DNA of 64,000 nt from the NCBI GenBank assembly GCA_038087875.1, contig CM075995.1:8744001-8808000 (forward strand), written 5' to 3'. Shown in pieces: positions 47,867 through 60,983 of this stretch. The DNA comes from Malacoraja senta. Taxonomy: Eukaryota. Below the pieces are notes generated by a model, which made no database searches, was not told the origin of the DNA, and saw nothing but the letters and a program-made list of their open reading frames with translations. The position numbers and the translations under genes are program-made. Position 1 is the first letter of the stretch, and every line of letters starts with the position of its first letter.

Positions 47867-47951
47867 TTTTGCCTCCTTGTTTGCAGTCTCTGTACATTCT
47901 GTGCAGTTATTGGACGCTACATACCCGGTGCCCTGGTGTCATACTTCTTGT
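47867..47951 (+). CDS. RETREG1: RETREG1-like exon 5 (85 nt), reticulon-homology-domain TM hairpin
   Basis: Acceptor ccctcaccctacag, donor T|gtaagt. Encodes FCLLVCSLCTFCAVIGRYIPGALVSYFL (human [28 protein letters not shown]). Phase 0 in, phase 1 out. Confidence 0.94.
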
Positions 47952-48087
47952 GTAAGTACTCCTGCTGCTGTTTAAGGACTATGTTCTGCCGTCAATGTTT
48001 GCTTATACATGTTCCCGTGTAGTTCAACATTAGACAACACCACTGTTGCTTGGTGGGATGTGGGGTTATCTCATGGCTGATCTATTA

Positions 48088-48562
48088 ACCATATATAACC
48101 ATATAACAATCACAGCACGGAAACAGGCCATCTCGGCCCTTCTAGTCCGTGCCGAACACTTACTCTCACCTAGTCCCATCTACCTGCACTCAGACCATAT
48201 CCCTCCATTCCCTTCCCGTCCATATACCTATCCTATTTATTTTTAAATGACAAAATCGAACCTGCCTCCACCACTTCCACTGGAAGCTCATTCCACACAG
48301 CTACCACTCTCTGAGTAAAGAAGTTCCCCCTAATGTTACCCCTAAACTTCTGTCCCTTAATTCTCAAATCATGTCCTCTTGTTTGAATCTTCCCTACTCT
48401 CAATGGAAAAAAGCTTATCCACGTCAACTCTGTCTATCCCTCTCATCATTTTAAAGACCTCTATCAAGTCCCCCCTTAACCTTCTGCGCTTCAAAGAATA
48501 AAGACCTAACTTGTTCAACCTTTCTTTGTAACTTCGGTGCTGAAACCCAGGCAACATTCTAG
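48088..48562 (-). mobile_element. CR1 LINE 3' fragment, (ATATGGTT)n-tail subfamily
   Basis: TRMLPGFQHRSYKERLNKLGLYSLKRRRLRGDLIEVFK..WNELPVEVVEAG. Confidence 0.85.
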
Positions 48563-51101
48563 TTCTCCCTCTTAACCCCATTCTCCAGCCTTCTCCCAAT
48601 AACCCCCTGACACCCGCACTAATCATGAATCCTATCTATCTCTGCCTTTAAAATATCCATTGACCTCCGCAGCCTTCCGTGGCAACGAATTCCACAGATT
48701 CACCACCCTCTGACTAAAGAAATTCCTCCCCATCTCAGCCTGTTTAATATTTCTAGCATTACGGATGGTGTGTAATCACAGAATGAATTTGTTCATAATT
48801 CATGATCATAATTCAATCCAATGATCATTGAATTCTCCAGTTTTAGGTCTAACTGGAATTCTCCAGTTTTAGGTTGAATTCTTCAGTTTTAACCCCTCGT
48901 CTCTCCTCCCAACCCCCCCCCCCCCTTTACTGTGCCCCTCTTGGACCCTGCTAACACCTATTTCTTACCCCCACCTCTCCCCCTCCCCCTGCATTCCTTC
49001 CTCGAGCTTCACAATAGACAAAAGGTGCAGGAGTAGGCCATTCGGCCCTTCGAGCCAGCACCGCCATTCAATGTGATCATGGCTGATCATCCCCAATCAG
49101 TACCCCGTTCCTGCCTTCTCCCGTATCTCCTGACTCGGCTATGTTTAAGAGCCCTATCTAGCTCTCTCTTGAAAGCATCCAAAGAACCTGCCTCCACCGC
49201 CCTCTGAGGCAGAGAATTCCACAGACTCACCACTCTCTGTGAGAAAAAGTGTTTCCTCGTCTCCGTTCTAAATGGCTTACTCCTTATTCTTAAACTGTGT
49301 GGCCCCTGGTTCTGGACTCCCCCAACATCGGGAACATGTTTCCTGCCTCCAGCGTGTCCAAACCCTTAACAATCTTTACGATTCACGACTCTGCAATTGT
49401 CTTTCATCTTCCTCTTTGTCCCAAACATTATGGAGGGCACGGTCTAAGCTTAGTGAAGTTCAATAGAGTCATTGAGTCGTACAGCATGGAAACAGGCCCT
49501 TCGGCCCATCTCGCCCACGCCGACTAAGGTGCCCCATCTAAACTAGCCCCATTTGCCCACGTTTGGCCCAGCTCCCCCCCGAACCTTTACTGTCTATGTG
49601 TCTCTACCTGTCCAAATGTTTAGTTTAGTCTGGAGATACAGTGTGGAAACTTTCCCTTCGGCCCAGCTAGCCCGCGCCGATCAGTGATGCCCGTACACTA
49701 GCACTATCCTACACACTAGGGACAATGTACGATTTACAATTGCTGGTCGGCGCGGACTCAGTACCTGTCACCGCGCTGTGTCTCCAAAGTCTAAAGCCGA
49801 GTCAAGTCTAAAGATCACCCCTCGGCCTCCTGCGCTCCAAGGAACAAAAGCCCTCGTCTGCCCAACCTCTCCCTATAGCTCAGCCCCTCAGACTAATTAG
49901 TCTTTAGAGTGTAGACATACAGTGTGGAAACAGGCCCTTCGGCCCACTGTGTCCAAGACAACCAGCAATCACCCTGCACACTAACACTATCCGACAAGCC
50001 AACTTAACTTACAATCCTGTACATCTTTGGAGTGTGGGAAGAAACCGGAGCACCCGGAGAAAACCCACTCAGGTCACGGGGAGAACGTACAAACTCCGTA
50101 CAGACGGCACCCATAGTGAGGATGGAACCCGGGTCGATGGCGCGGTGAGGCAGCAACTCTACCGTTGCTCCACTGGGCTGCCCACTGCACTGTGTATCTT
50201 ATTTCTGTTACAGCATTTTAAACATTCTTCAGTTTTAGCTCAGTTTATTGTCACGTGTACCGAGGTACAGTGAAAAGCTTTAGTTGCGTGCTAACCTGTC
50301 AGCGGAAAGACAACACATGATTACAATCGAACATCACAATCGAATTAAAATGTACTCACAGTGTACAGATACATGATCAGGGAATAATGTTTAGTGCAAG
50401 GTAAAGTCCGATCAAAGATAGTCCGAGGGTCACCAATGAGGTCGATAGTAAGTCTTGTGGAAATAAGTGCCAGTTGTGTACCTTTTGCTGCCATAGAAAA
50501 GTGACTTTCACAATACTGATGTAAATAAGATTCCAGTCAGCTGTCAAATGAACACAAATTCACCGTGTCAGTCTGTGACTCCGACCCACAGTTAATGCCG
50601 ATGGAAAACATTCTGATTTTATTTCCTGCCCCACTCTATTTCTGTTTGTTCAACGCCACCAACGTCAGCAGGAGATTTCTATCAGCCCATTACCCGTTAC
50701 AAGGCGGCATTTTCATCCTGCGCGCGTTCACAATAAGGGACAGGCTCTTCTTCTTTGTCACAATGACAACCGATCGATCACTCTGCGAAACAGGCGGCTA
50801 ATGTTGACGTGTAGCACGGGGCTGCAGATGCTGGTTTACACTGAATATGGGAGTCACTCAGTGGGACAGGCAGCGTGCGATACAATACAATAGGACTTTA
50901 TTTCATGCCAGGAGGGAAATTGGTCTGCCAACAGTCATAAAATACATGAAACATGAAATTAAAGTGACTAGTGGAAAGGCCAGGATTGGGGATGTGCAAA
51001 GATTGGAGGGGGGGGGGTCTGTCTACCCCATGACAGAAATTTGGAGGAGTTGATCAGTTTGGTAGCCACAGGGAAGAAGGATCTGTTGTGGCGTTCTGTA
51101 T

Positions 51102-51624
51102 AGTCAAGTCAAGTCAAGTCACTTTTATTTCTATAGCACATTTAAAAAACAACTCTCGTTGAGCAAAGTGCTTTACATTGGTGGAGGTACTAACGTTATA
51201 CAACAGTGGTTCATAGATTAAGTACATACATAAATACATACATATAGCCCTCCCTCAGAGGACGTCAACAAAGGCTTGAGAGTAGAGATGAGTTTTAAGT
51301 CTCGACTTAAAGGAGTCGATGAAGGGGGCAGTTCTGATGGGAAGAGGGATGCTGTTCCACAGTCTAGGAGCTGCAACCGCAAAGGCGCGGTCGCCCCTGA
51401 GCTTATGCCTAGACCGTGGGATATTCAGTAACCCCAAGTCGGCCGATCTGAGGGGCCTGGAGGTGGAGTGGTGGGTGAGAAGACTTTTGATGTAGGTGGG
51501 GGCAAGCCCATTGAGGGCTTTGTAGACATAGAGGAGGATCTTGAAATTGATTCGGAACCGCACAGGGAGCCAGTGGATAGAGGCCAGGATCGGGGTGATG
51601 TGGTCCCTTTTTCGGGTGCCCGTA
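51102..51624 (-). mobile_element. L2 LINE 3' fragment
   Basis: RKRDHITPILASIHWLPVRFRINFKILLYVYKALNGLAP..LWNSIP..FKSRLKTHLY. Confidence 0.9.
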
Positions 51625-51897
51625 CAGCATCTCTGGAGAGAAGGAATGGGCGACATTTCGGGTCGAAACCCTTCAGACTGAGAGTCGGGAGAGAGAAACA
51701 GAGATATGGAAGGGTATGGTGGTAGGTGTGAAAGGGACAGATCAAAGCAGATGGTGATCAAGGAAATGTAAAAATGGTACATTGTTAGCTGAGGGGAAGA
51801 TGACAACGAGCCTTACAAACAAAATTGATCAGGTTTGATAAATTCAAATAGTCTATTGTCCTCCCGTTCTCCGACACAACTTGAAACATTCTAACAG

Positions 51898-52172
51898 ACG
51901 GCACGGTGGCGCAGTGCAGAGTTGCTGCCTCACAGCACCAGAGAATCGAGTTCGATCCTGACTACGGGTGCTGTCTGTACAGAGTTTGTACGTTCTCCCT
52001 GTGACTATGGGTTTTCTCTGGGTGCTTCGGTTTCCTCCCACATCCCAAAGATGAGCAGGTTTGTAGGATAATTGGCTTCGGTAAAAAAAAAAGGTAAATC
52101 TTCCCTAGTGTGTGTAGGATAGTGCTAGTGTACGGGGTGACGAGGTAGGCCGAAGGACCTCAATCTCTAAAG
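51898..52172 (+). mobile_element. HE1/V-SINE-type SINE
   Basis: GGCACGGTGGCGCAG A-box-like head, GAGTTCGATCC B-box and conserved body. Confidence 0.78.
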
Positions 52173-52398
52173 ACTAATTCAAAAATACCCCCAAAAATAT
52201 ATTTTACTTTTAAAAATGTATTTCTCAAACCTGGCCTGAGAAAATGGTGGGCTAATTTAGCTTGGTGGATTGGCACATAACTAATGCATGTTAGTAGAAA
52301 CAGCAGAGATGCTGCCTGACCCGCTGAGTTACTCCAGCACTTTGTGTTTTTTCCTATTTCAGATTAGTGATGAGAGCAACATTGAAACTACTCTTAAA

Positions 52399-52429
52399 CT
52401 GCCACCTTGTGGCGTAACCAGGCATTGCC
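52399..52429 (-). promoter_or_regulatory. Candidate CTCF site with upstream module
   Basis: Minus strand GGCAATGCC-TGGTTAC-GCCACAAGGTGGCAG: core plus a TGCAATNCC-like upstream motif about 17 bp before the CCAC. Confidence 0.55.
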
Positions 52430-53223
52430 AGATATAAGGGAGACAAATTAGTTGCCTGGCATGGAACAGTCCACATCATGCATGTTGGCACATATAAGGA
52501 GATCAAATTTATACTTGCACTCTGCATTGAAGTGTATTTACCATTCCATTGTTATGAGAGATGTCATACCCTTGATCCCAATCTTAAACCCTGATCTTAG
52601 TTTTTACATCTGTTGCCTGATTAATTCGACCCGCTGCATCCCAATTTTTTTTAATTTGTTTCCAAAATGTAAGTGATTAAAATATGCGCAAAAATAAATA
52701 TGCTGTTCATGTACATAAGTAATAGGAACAGAGTTTGGCCATTCGGCCCATCAGGTCTACTCCGCCATTAAATCATTGCTGATCTATCCATCTCTCCCTC
52801 CTGACCCCGTTCTCCTGCCTTCTCCCCGTAACCCCTGACACCCGTACTAATCAAGAATCTGTCTATCTCCGCCTTAAAAGTACCCATTGACGAGGCCTCC
52901 GCGGCTAGCCCCTATCAACACTGCAGTCAAATCTATTCCCAGTCACGTCTAGAATTTACAGTAATGGCCCTGTCTCACGGTGCGAGTCGACCCACGAGTG
53001 ATCCCGAGTTTAAAGCAAATCAAACTCGTGGTAATCACATGGAATTAACGTAGCTGGAACGTCGGAACTCGTAACGCTAACGGAAGGTACTCGGGAAACT
53101 TGTTAACTCGTGAAAATCTTTCAACATGATGAAAGATTTCCACGAGTCAAATTTACTCTTGAAGTAAAAATTTTAGACTTTTAAACTCGTTGTAAGAACG
53201 TAGTAGCCCGTGAGTTTACCGTA

Positions 53224-53858
53224 ATAATAATAATAATGGATTTTATTTACGGGCGCCTTATACTGAGGTCTCAAGGACACCATACAGAGATTTATAGAAA
53301 ACATATAATCAGAATTTAAAAAAAATAGGTTATAAAGACCACTACATAAATCAGGGACAGAATTCCTTCCAAAAACACAAAAAAAAGAAAATCAGAAGCA
53401 CAACTTGAGGAGAGAGCAGCGGCAATTTAACGCCAGCGTCCACTCCCCCCTCCGACCGCCATCTTGAACACAGACTAACAAATACAATTACAAACAATTA
53501 CATACAAAAATCATCCCCCCACAATGATTTCCACTGTGGGGGAAGGCACAATGTCCAGTCCCCAGCCCCAGTTCACCCAAAAAAGTCAGGCCAAATGAGG
53601 CCCCCGCTATTGCCTCTACGGAGGCCCGATGATCCTGGCCGTTCTCGCCGGGTGATGTAGCCCTGGCGTCGGGAGAGTCCTCCAGCAGCTGGGCCACCTG
53701 GAACGGCCGCATCCCTCACCGGAGGCCGTAACTACGGCTGGAACGGCCGATTTCCCGCAGGCGTCCGCAGCACCTGAAGCCGACAAGGCCGCGCCGACTT
53801 GGAGCTCAAGGCTCCCGGTGTTGGAGTCGGCGCCGCCGCCCGCGAATGGTCGCTCCAG
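53224..53858 (-). mobile_element. GC-rich non-autonomous retroelement with L2-type (ATT)n tail
   Basis: TSD TACCGTA. Minus strand ends GTGTCCTTGAG..AAGGCGCCCGTAAATAAAATCCATTATTATTATT. Confidence 0.65.
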
Positions 53859-54456
53859 TACCGTAGTGACTCGTGAGTCTACCGTGGGCACTCTTTAACT
53901 CAGCGGGACAGGCAGCATCTCTGGAGAGAAGGAATGGGTGACGGGATGACCTTTCCAAAATTCTGCTGCGTCTTTGTGTTACTCCAACACTGTGTGTTCA
54001 CTTTTTGTCAACCAGCATCTGCCCATTCTTGTGTATGACATTATGACATTATTTGTATCCGTGGCAGTTGATTGTCTGTCTGCCTGTCCCGCTGGATCGC
54101 CTCAGCTCAGAGGGAGAACAAAGAGGGAAGAGACAGAGACTTTAAGACTTTTGCCTCCATCACAGTGAGGAGGTACCTGGTGAACTCACTGTGGTGGATG
54201 TTAATTTGTGTTTATTGTGTGTTTTGTTATTTATTATTATATGTATGACTGCAGGCAACGAAGTTTCGTTCAGACCGAAAGATCTGAATGACAATAAAGG
54301 AATCTAAGTCTAAGTCTAAGTCTGAGTTAAAGAGTGCCCACGGTAGACTCACGAGTCACTACGGTAAACTCACGGGCTACTACGTTCTTACAACGAGTTT
54401 AAAAGTTTAAATTTTTTTACCAAGAGTAAATTTGACTCGTTGAAATCTTTCATCAT

Positions 54457-54991
54457 CCAACTATAAATATGTGGATTTCAAATATGTTTGAAACATTACA
54501 CCTAGAAGAGATAAGACTCCTCCTAGCAGGTAAACCAGATCATTTCCACCTGACGTGGTCTGCATTTATAGAATTATTACAAACATAGGGTGCAAAAGTA
54601 CTTAAAAAAAAAAAATTGAGGTCAGGTAAGGGGGGATGATAGTTGAAGAGTTGGTATGTCCCATTTACGTAATGCTCATAAAAATATTTGTTTCTCTCTT
54701 TTTCCTCTTTCTCTCTTTCTTTCTTTCCTAGGGTCTATTTCTTAACTCTTTTTCTTTTGTTTTTAATTTTGCTCTTATAGGGTCTTCGTCCTTTTTTGTT
54801 GTCACATTTTCTACACTCTCACTTTTTCCTTCACTTTCTTCTTTCTTTCAATCTTTTCCTTTTCTAGTGTAAAAAATAAATGGAGTACATTAATTGCAAG
54901 AAGATATAAATGACAAGTACTAATGTATGTGGTTGTAATGTAATGTACTTCTAATAAAATACAAATTAAAAAAAAAAAAAAAAAAAAAAAA
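54457..54991 (+). mobile_element. L1/Tx1-type LINE 3' fragment with poly(A)
   Basis: NMWISNMFETLHLEEIRLLLAGKPDHFHLTWSAFIELLQT*, then AATAAA and a >20-nt A tail; flanked by CTTTCATC duplication. Confidence 0.7.
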
Positions 54992-55981
54992 CTTTCATCG
55001 TGTTGAAAGATTTTCACGAGTTAACAAGTTTCCCGAGTACCTGCTGTTAGCGTTACGAGTTCCGACGTTCCAGCTACGTTAATTTTACGTGATTACCACG
55101 AGTTTGATTTGTTTTAAACTCGGTATCACTCGTGGGTGGACTCGCACCGTGAGACAGGGGTTTAAATGTAGAACAATATTGATAGCTGCGTTCCACAGGC
55201 TACGATAATAAAAATAACTTATTTATTTATTTAATTCTTTAATTCTTTATTTCGAACAGAATAAAAGAATAAAAAGCAATTGTGAAACAGCATACAAAAA
55301 ACAAAAACTAGAATATTTATAGTGTCATAAACAATATTTATAAATAAATGAAATCATATGTGTCCGAAAAGGAGCAGGAAGAAGCCAAAGCTTATTCATT
55401 CCCACCCCTTATTCAACTACTTATAATTATCTTATACAAATTTAGCAGCTATAAACACCTATTTCCATATTTCTGAAGAAGGGTTTCAGCCCAAAACGTC
55501 GCCTATTTCCTTCGCTCCATAGATGCTGCTGCACCCGCTGAGTTTCTCCAGCACTTTTGTCTACCTTCGATTTTCCAGCATCTGCAGTTCCTTCTTGAAC
55601 CTATTTCCATATGTACACCAAATTATTTACATTTATACACTAATCAAATATTTGCAAAGCCATACAAAAAAAGAGAGAAAAAAAAATAAAAGAAAAAACC
55701 CTCATATATTATACAGTATCTCTTAGTCATATATACAACCCATCACCCTATAATCACCCTTCCCAATACAATCAGTATAACAAATATCCCACACAAAATC
55801 ACCTATCCTCATCCCAATATCCTTTAAAAAAAAGTGTTTTTGTACATCGGTTTAAACTGAATTATGTTTGTGCTAAGTTTTATATCCTGTTCCAAATGTC
55901 ACTTGATATTATTCTAATTGTTTAAAGAGTCAGCAGCACCCCACAGACACAGGACGTCCAAACCACCATGTACTGTGGGCA

Positions 55982-56489
55982 GATTTGAGGAAGGACATTC
56001 TTGCTATTGAGGGAGTGCAGCGTAGGTTCACCAGGTTAATTCCCGGGATGGCGGGACTGTCATATGCTGAGAGAACGGAGCGGCTGGGCTTGTACACTCT
56101 GGAGTTTAGAAGGATGAGAGGGAATCTCATTGAAACATATAAGATTGTTAAGGGTTTGGACACACGAGAAGCAGGAAACATGTTCCCGATGTTGGGGGAG
56201 TCCAGAACCAGGGGCCACAGTTTAAGAATAAGGGGTAAGTCATTTAGAACTGAGACGAGGAAACACTTTTTCACCCAGAGAGTGGTGAGTCTGTGGAATT
56301 CTCTGCCTCAGAAGGCAGTGGAGGCCAATTCTCTGGATACTTTCAAGAGAGAGTTAGCTAGAGCTCTTAAAGATATGGGGAGAAGGCAGGAACAGGGTAC
56401 TGATTGTGGATGATCAGCCATGATGATAATGAATGGAGGTGCTGGCTTGAAGGGCCGAATGGCCTACTCCTGCACCTATTGTCTATTGT
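55982..56489 (+). mobile_element. CR1 LINE 3' fragment
   Basis: ORF 55985..56413. Confidence 0.9.
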
Positions 56490-56737
56490 GTTTTGTCCAT
56501 GCCGACCAAATTTAGATTAGTTTAGTTTATCATCACATGTACTGAGGGACAGTGAAAAGCTTTTGTTGCGTGCTATCCAGTCAGTGGAAACACTACACAC
56601 GATTACTATCGAGCCATCCACAGTGTACAGTACAGTTGGCATACTGGGCTCGTCCAATTTGTTTGCATTTGGCCCATATTCCTCTAAACCCTTCCTATCC
56701 ATATATCCGTCCATAGACACAGAGGTCCTTCAGGCCA

Positions 56738-56960
56738 AAGTGCTGGAGTAACTCAGCGGGTCAGGCAGCATCTGTGGAGAACATGGATAGGTGACGTTTC
56801 ACAGAGTGCTGGAGTAACTCAGCGGGTCAGGCAGAATCTGTGGAGAACATGGATAGGTGAGGTTTCACAGAGTGCTGGAGTAACTCAGCGGGTCAGGCAG
56901 CATCTGTGGAGAACATGGATAGGTGATGTTTCACAGAGTGCTGGAGTAACTCAGCGGGTC
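56738..56960 (+). repeat. 66-bp minisatellite array
   Basis: Same unit, ~3.3 copies. Confidence 0.92.
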
Positions 56961-57307
56961 TGGAATGATGCACAGGACTACCAATGTTTCTACCACCGCT
57001 GACCCTCATCACCTGGGAGTACCGACCAAAGATGCTGCCTGACTCGCTGAGTTACTCCAGCACTTTTTCTATCATCGGTGTAAACCACCATCTGCAGTTC
57101 CTTCCTACGTATATATCTGTCCAAATCTTTTGTAAAGTCTTAATTGTACCCACTTCTCTAACTTCCTCTGGCAGCCTATTCCAGGCACGGACGTTTTCTA
57201 CCTTCACCCCCTCCATTCTGTCATGCTGACCTTTTTTCCTCCCCCAGTTGCTAAACGGCAGCGAAGCTTGATCCTCAGTAACGTTGTTCTCTTGCTTGGT
57301 TTTGCAG

Positions 57308-57445
57308 TGCTGTGTGTCCTGCTGTGGCCTTTAGTAACCTCGTACGACCTGTGGCATCGTTTCTGTACCAAGGCTGAGCCAGTTCTGCAGCGACTGGACT
57401 TTGGCCTGAAGGACCTTGTACAACATTTGCAAAGAAGGATAAAAA
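57308..57445 (+). CDS. RETREG1: RETREG1-like exon 6 (138 nt)
   Basis: Acceptor ggttttgcag, donor A|gtaaga. Encodes (L)LCVLLWPLVTSYDLWHRFCTKAEPVLQRLDFGLKDLVQHLQRRIK. Phase 1/1, compatible with both neighbours; conserved LDFG. Lies inside ORF-track entry 57223..57459. Confidence 0.92.
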
Positions 57446-58131
57446 GTAAGAACATTTAGGCGATTTTCAAGACAAACATGAGAATTGTGAGAAATGATCC
57501 AAATCAGACGATGATGACCAACGATGCAGTGGAGTCTTATTCAATTAATGGCACTTATTGTCTCGCCAGTGCATGCTCGACTTTAGTTTTCGTTAGTCAG
57601 AGGAACAAAATTAGGCCATTTGGCCCATCAAGTCTACTCCGCCATTCAATCGTGGCTGATCTATCTCTCCCTCTCAACCCCATTCTCCTGCCTTCTCCTC
57701 ATAACCCCTGACACCCGCACTGATCAAGAATCAATCAATCTCCGCCTTAAAAATATCCATTGACTTGTTCTCCACAGCCGTCTGTGACAATGCATAACAT
57801 ATTTGGCAATCTAGAAGCCCACCACCGATTTTCCAGCAACTGATGAGAGCCTTTAATCTAACATTAATAAAACACGAGATCGCGTTTGAAATCCCCTTCC
57901 CGGAAGACCCCCCAAAAATGTGGTGCCCTGGCCAAGCGAGGCGGCCGATCTCGACCTCACCGGGACTTCCGCGGCCGATCGGGGGTGGGGGGGGGTGTAA
58001 TTTTCCCCCGGCAGCCGGGGCTGTGGAACTCTGGCCCAGCCGGAGCCGGCAGATCTGTTCCCATGGGTGGTGGCCTGGTGGCGAAGCGGTAGAGTTGCTA
58101 CCTTACAGCGCCAGTTTAGTTTATTGTCACG

Positions 58132-58347
58132 GTAGACAAAAGTGCTGGAGAAACTCAGCGGATGCAGCAGCATCTATGGAGCGAAGGAAATAGGCAACGT
58201 TTCGGGCCGAAACCATTCTTCAGACCGAACATTTCGGCCCGAAACGTTGCCTATTTCCTTCGCTCCATAGATGCTGCTGCATCCGCTGAGTTTCTCCAGC
58301 ATTTTTGTCTACCTTCGATTTTCCAGCATCTGCAGTTACTTCTTAAA
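58132..58347. mobile_element. Palindromic Penelope-end insertion
   Basis: Inverted arms GTAGACAAAA..GGGCCGAAA; 15-bp TSD TAGTTTATTGTCACG (58117-58131, 58348-58362). Confidence 0.8.
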
Positions 58348-59392
58348 TAGTTTATTGTCACGTTTACCGAGGTACAGCGAAAAGCTTTGGATAGTGGATA
58401 GGTGGGATAGTGGGATGGCTGGTCGGTACGGACTCGGCGGGCCGAAGGGCCTGTTTCCGCGCTGTACCTCCAAACTAAAATTAAATAAACTGAACATAGC
58501 TGACTTTGCGGGCCGGTATCTCGGCCCATCGGCGGAACTTTCCAGTACCGTTGGACTCCTCTCGGAGGCTGTGACCTCTGTTGGTCCGATAACACGGATA
58601 TTCCGGCAAGGCTCTGGAACCGAGGGTGCCGGAAAACCGCTGGTGGACCCGCATCTAAATCGATTCGTTCATAATCTCAGAACGTGGCAAAATACAACAC
58701 AGCTAATGCGTGCTTATGAGTTGTCGCTGCCGTGATGTAGAGAATCACAGCATTCAATTCATATGTGGCAGCTTACACTGATAGACCAATACATCACAGG
58801 AACAGGCCCTTCACCCCACAATGTCTGTACTGAACCTGAAACCAAGTTGACCGCATCTCCCCTGCCCATAAATGATCATTTTCAATCCATTCCTTGTACA
58901 TCCATGTGCCTATCCACAAGTGGAAGTAGAAACATAGAAACATAGAAAATAGGTGCAGGAGTAGGCCATTTGGCCCTTCGAGCCTGCACCGCCATTCAAT
59001 ATGATCATGGCTGATCATCCAACTCAGTATCCTGTACCTGCCTTCTCTCCATACCCCCTGATCCCTTTAGCTACAAGGGCCACATCTAACTCCCTCTTGA
59101 ATATAACCAATGAACTGGCCTCAACTACTTTCTGTGGCAGAGAGTTCCACAGATTCACCACTCTCTGTGTGAAAAAAAAATTCTCACCTCGGTCCTAAAA
59201 AGACTTCCCCCTTATCCTTAAATTCGTTGTATATCCATGTGCCTATCCAAAAGTATCTGCAACAGTAAACCATTTATTCTACAAAGTGCACTTTACAGCT
59301 TTTGTTATATTCGTCTTGCTTATAAAAACAAAAGAAGATCATTTCTCTAACCGACCCGTCATCATCTATCTATGTGTCGTTTTGCGTTTCAG

Positions 59393-59466
59393 TGAAGCAG
59401 GAGAGATTGGCTGAGAGGAAATCAGAAGACGAGAGTGAAGCAGACACGTCAGCTCTCTGTCCCAAG
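59393..59466 (+). CDS. RETREG1: RETREG1-like exon 7 (74 nt)
   Basis: Acceptor ttttgcgtttcag, donor AAG|gttagg. Encodes (M)KQERLAERKSEDESEADTSALCPK, ending in the RETREG1 SALCPK motif. Phase 1 in, 0 out. Confidence 0.9.
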
Positions 59467-59904
59467 GTTAGGCCGGGTCCTCCACACCTGCGGTCACAGT
59501 GCAGCAATACTGCCGGCAAGCCCAGTGTCACAGCAGCCCAGCGGTAGAGCCGCCGCTCCAAAGTGGTAGATCATAAGGGATAGGAGCAAAATTAGGCCAT
59601 TCGGCCCATCCAGTCTATCCCGCCATCCAATCACGGCTGACGTATCTCTCCCTCCTAACCCCATTCTCCTGCCTTCTCCCCCATAACCTCTGACACCCGC
59701 ACTAATCAAGAATCTATCTGTCTCTGCCTTAAATATATCCGCTGACTTGTGGCCTCCACAGCCGTCTGTGGCAATGGATTCCACAGATTCACCACCCTCT
59801 GACTAAAGAAATTCCTCCTCATCAGCTTCCTAAAATCTAAGTAAACAACATCTCGCCTTTGTCTGTCCAGAGACCCGGGTTTGATCCTCACTTCGGGTGC
59901 AGTC

Positions 59905-60380
59905 AATAGACAATAGGTGCAGGAGTAGGCCATTTGGCCCTTCGAGCCAGCACCGCCATTCAATGTGATCATGGCTGATCATCCCCAATCAGTACCCCGT
60001 TCCTGCCTTCTCCCCATATCCCCTGATTCCGCTATCTTTAAGAGCCCTATCTAGCTCTCTCTTGAAAGTATCCAGAGAAGCGGCCTCCACCGCGCTCTGA
60101 GGCAGAGAATTCCACAGACTCACCACTCTCTGTGAGAAAAAGTGTTCCCTCGTCTCCGTTCTAAATGGCTTACTCCTTGTTCTTAAACTGTGGCTCCTGG
60201 TTCTGGACTCCCCCAACATCGGGAACATGTTTCCTGCCTCTAGCGTGTCCAAGCCCTTAATAATCTTATATATTTCAATGAGATACCCTCTCATCCTTCT
60301 AAACTCCAGAGTGTACAAGCCCAGCCGCTCCATTCTCTCAGCATATAACAGTCCCGCCATCCCGGGGAATTAACCTTGTA
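59905..60380 (-). mobile_element. CR1 LINE 3' fragment
   Basis: ORF 59989..60360. Confidence 0.9.
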
Positions 60381-60983
60381 ATCTTTTCTCCTCTCACATT
60401 GTAGCAATGCCCTACAGAGTTAAACACGATACAACTTACACCCCACAACAAAATGTATGTTTGATCCGAGATACGTTAGACTTTAGCGATACAGCGCTGA
60501 AACATGGCCCTTCGGCCCGCCGAGTCTGTGCTGACCATCGACCAACCCGTACACCGCCACTGTCCTACACGCAATTTACAATTTTTACGGAATTTAAGTC
60601 CACGGAGTGTGGGAGGAAACCGGAGCTCCCGGAGAAAACCCACGCAGGTCACGGGGAGAACATACAGACAGCACCCGTAGTCAGGATCGAACCAGGGTCT
60701 CCCGCGCTGTACACTGCCGCCGCGCCACTGTGCCACCCCATTTCCACCCTGGGGACAATAGTCTCTGCCTGTCTACACCATTCTGTGCCTCTCATAAGTT
60801 AATATACTTCCATCCAGAATTAAAGTTGTTTTAAACTGGCATCTGCCTGTAGACCACTGTTGGTATTCTGTTTCATAGTTTCTGTTCTATAACTTTGATT
60901 CACGTTTCTTAGCTGCATGCTTATTCATTCTTCATTGTGGTTTTTTTTGGATGCTTGAGGGCCTTTCTGTTCGTTTCTTGTAG

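Larger units (their letters stand above)
52965..55162. mobile_element. Fold-back composite of two inverted Harbinger-like MITE arms with nested insertions
   Basis: 52965-53223 plus 53866-53903 is the reverse complement of 54322-54456 plus 54992-55162. Confidence 0.8.

Noticed and set aside
51898..51965. tRNA gene
   Set aside because: tRNA-like head of a multi-copy SINE that continues into the SINE body; no complete cloverleaf.
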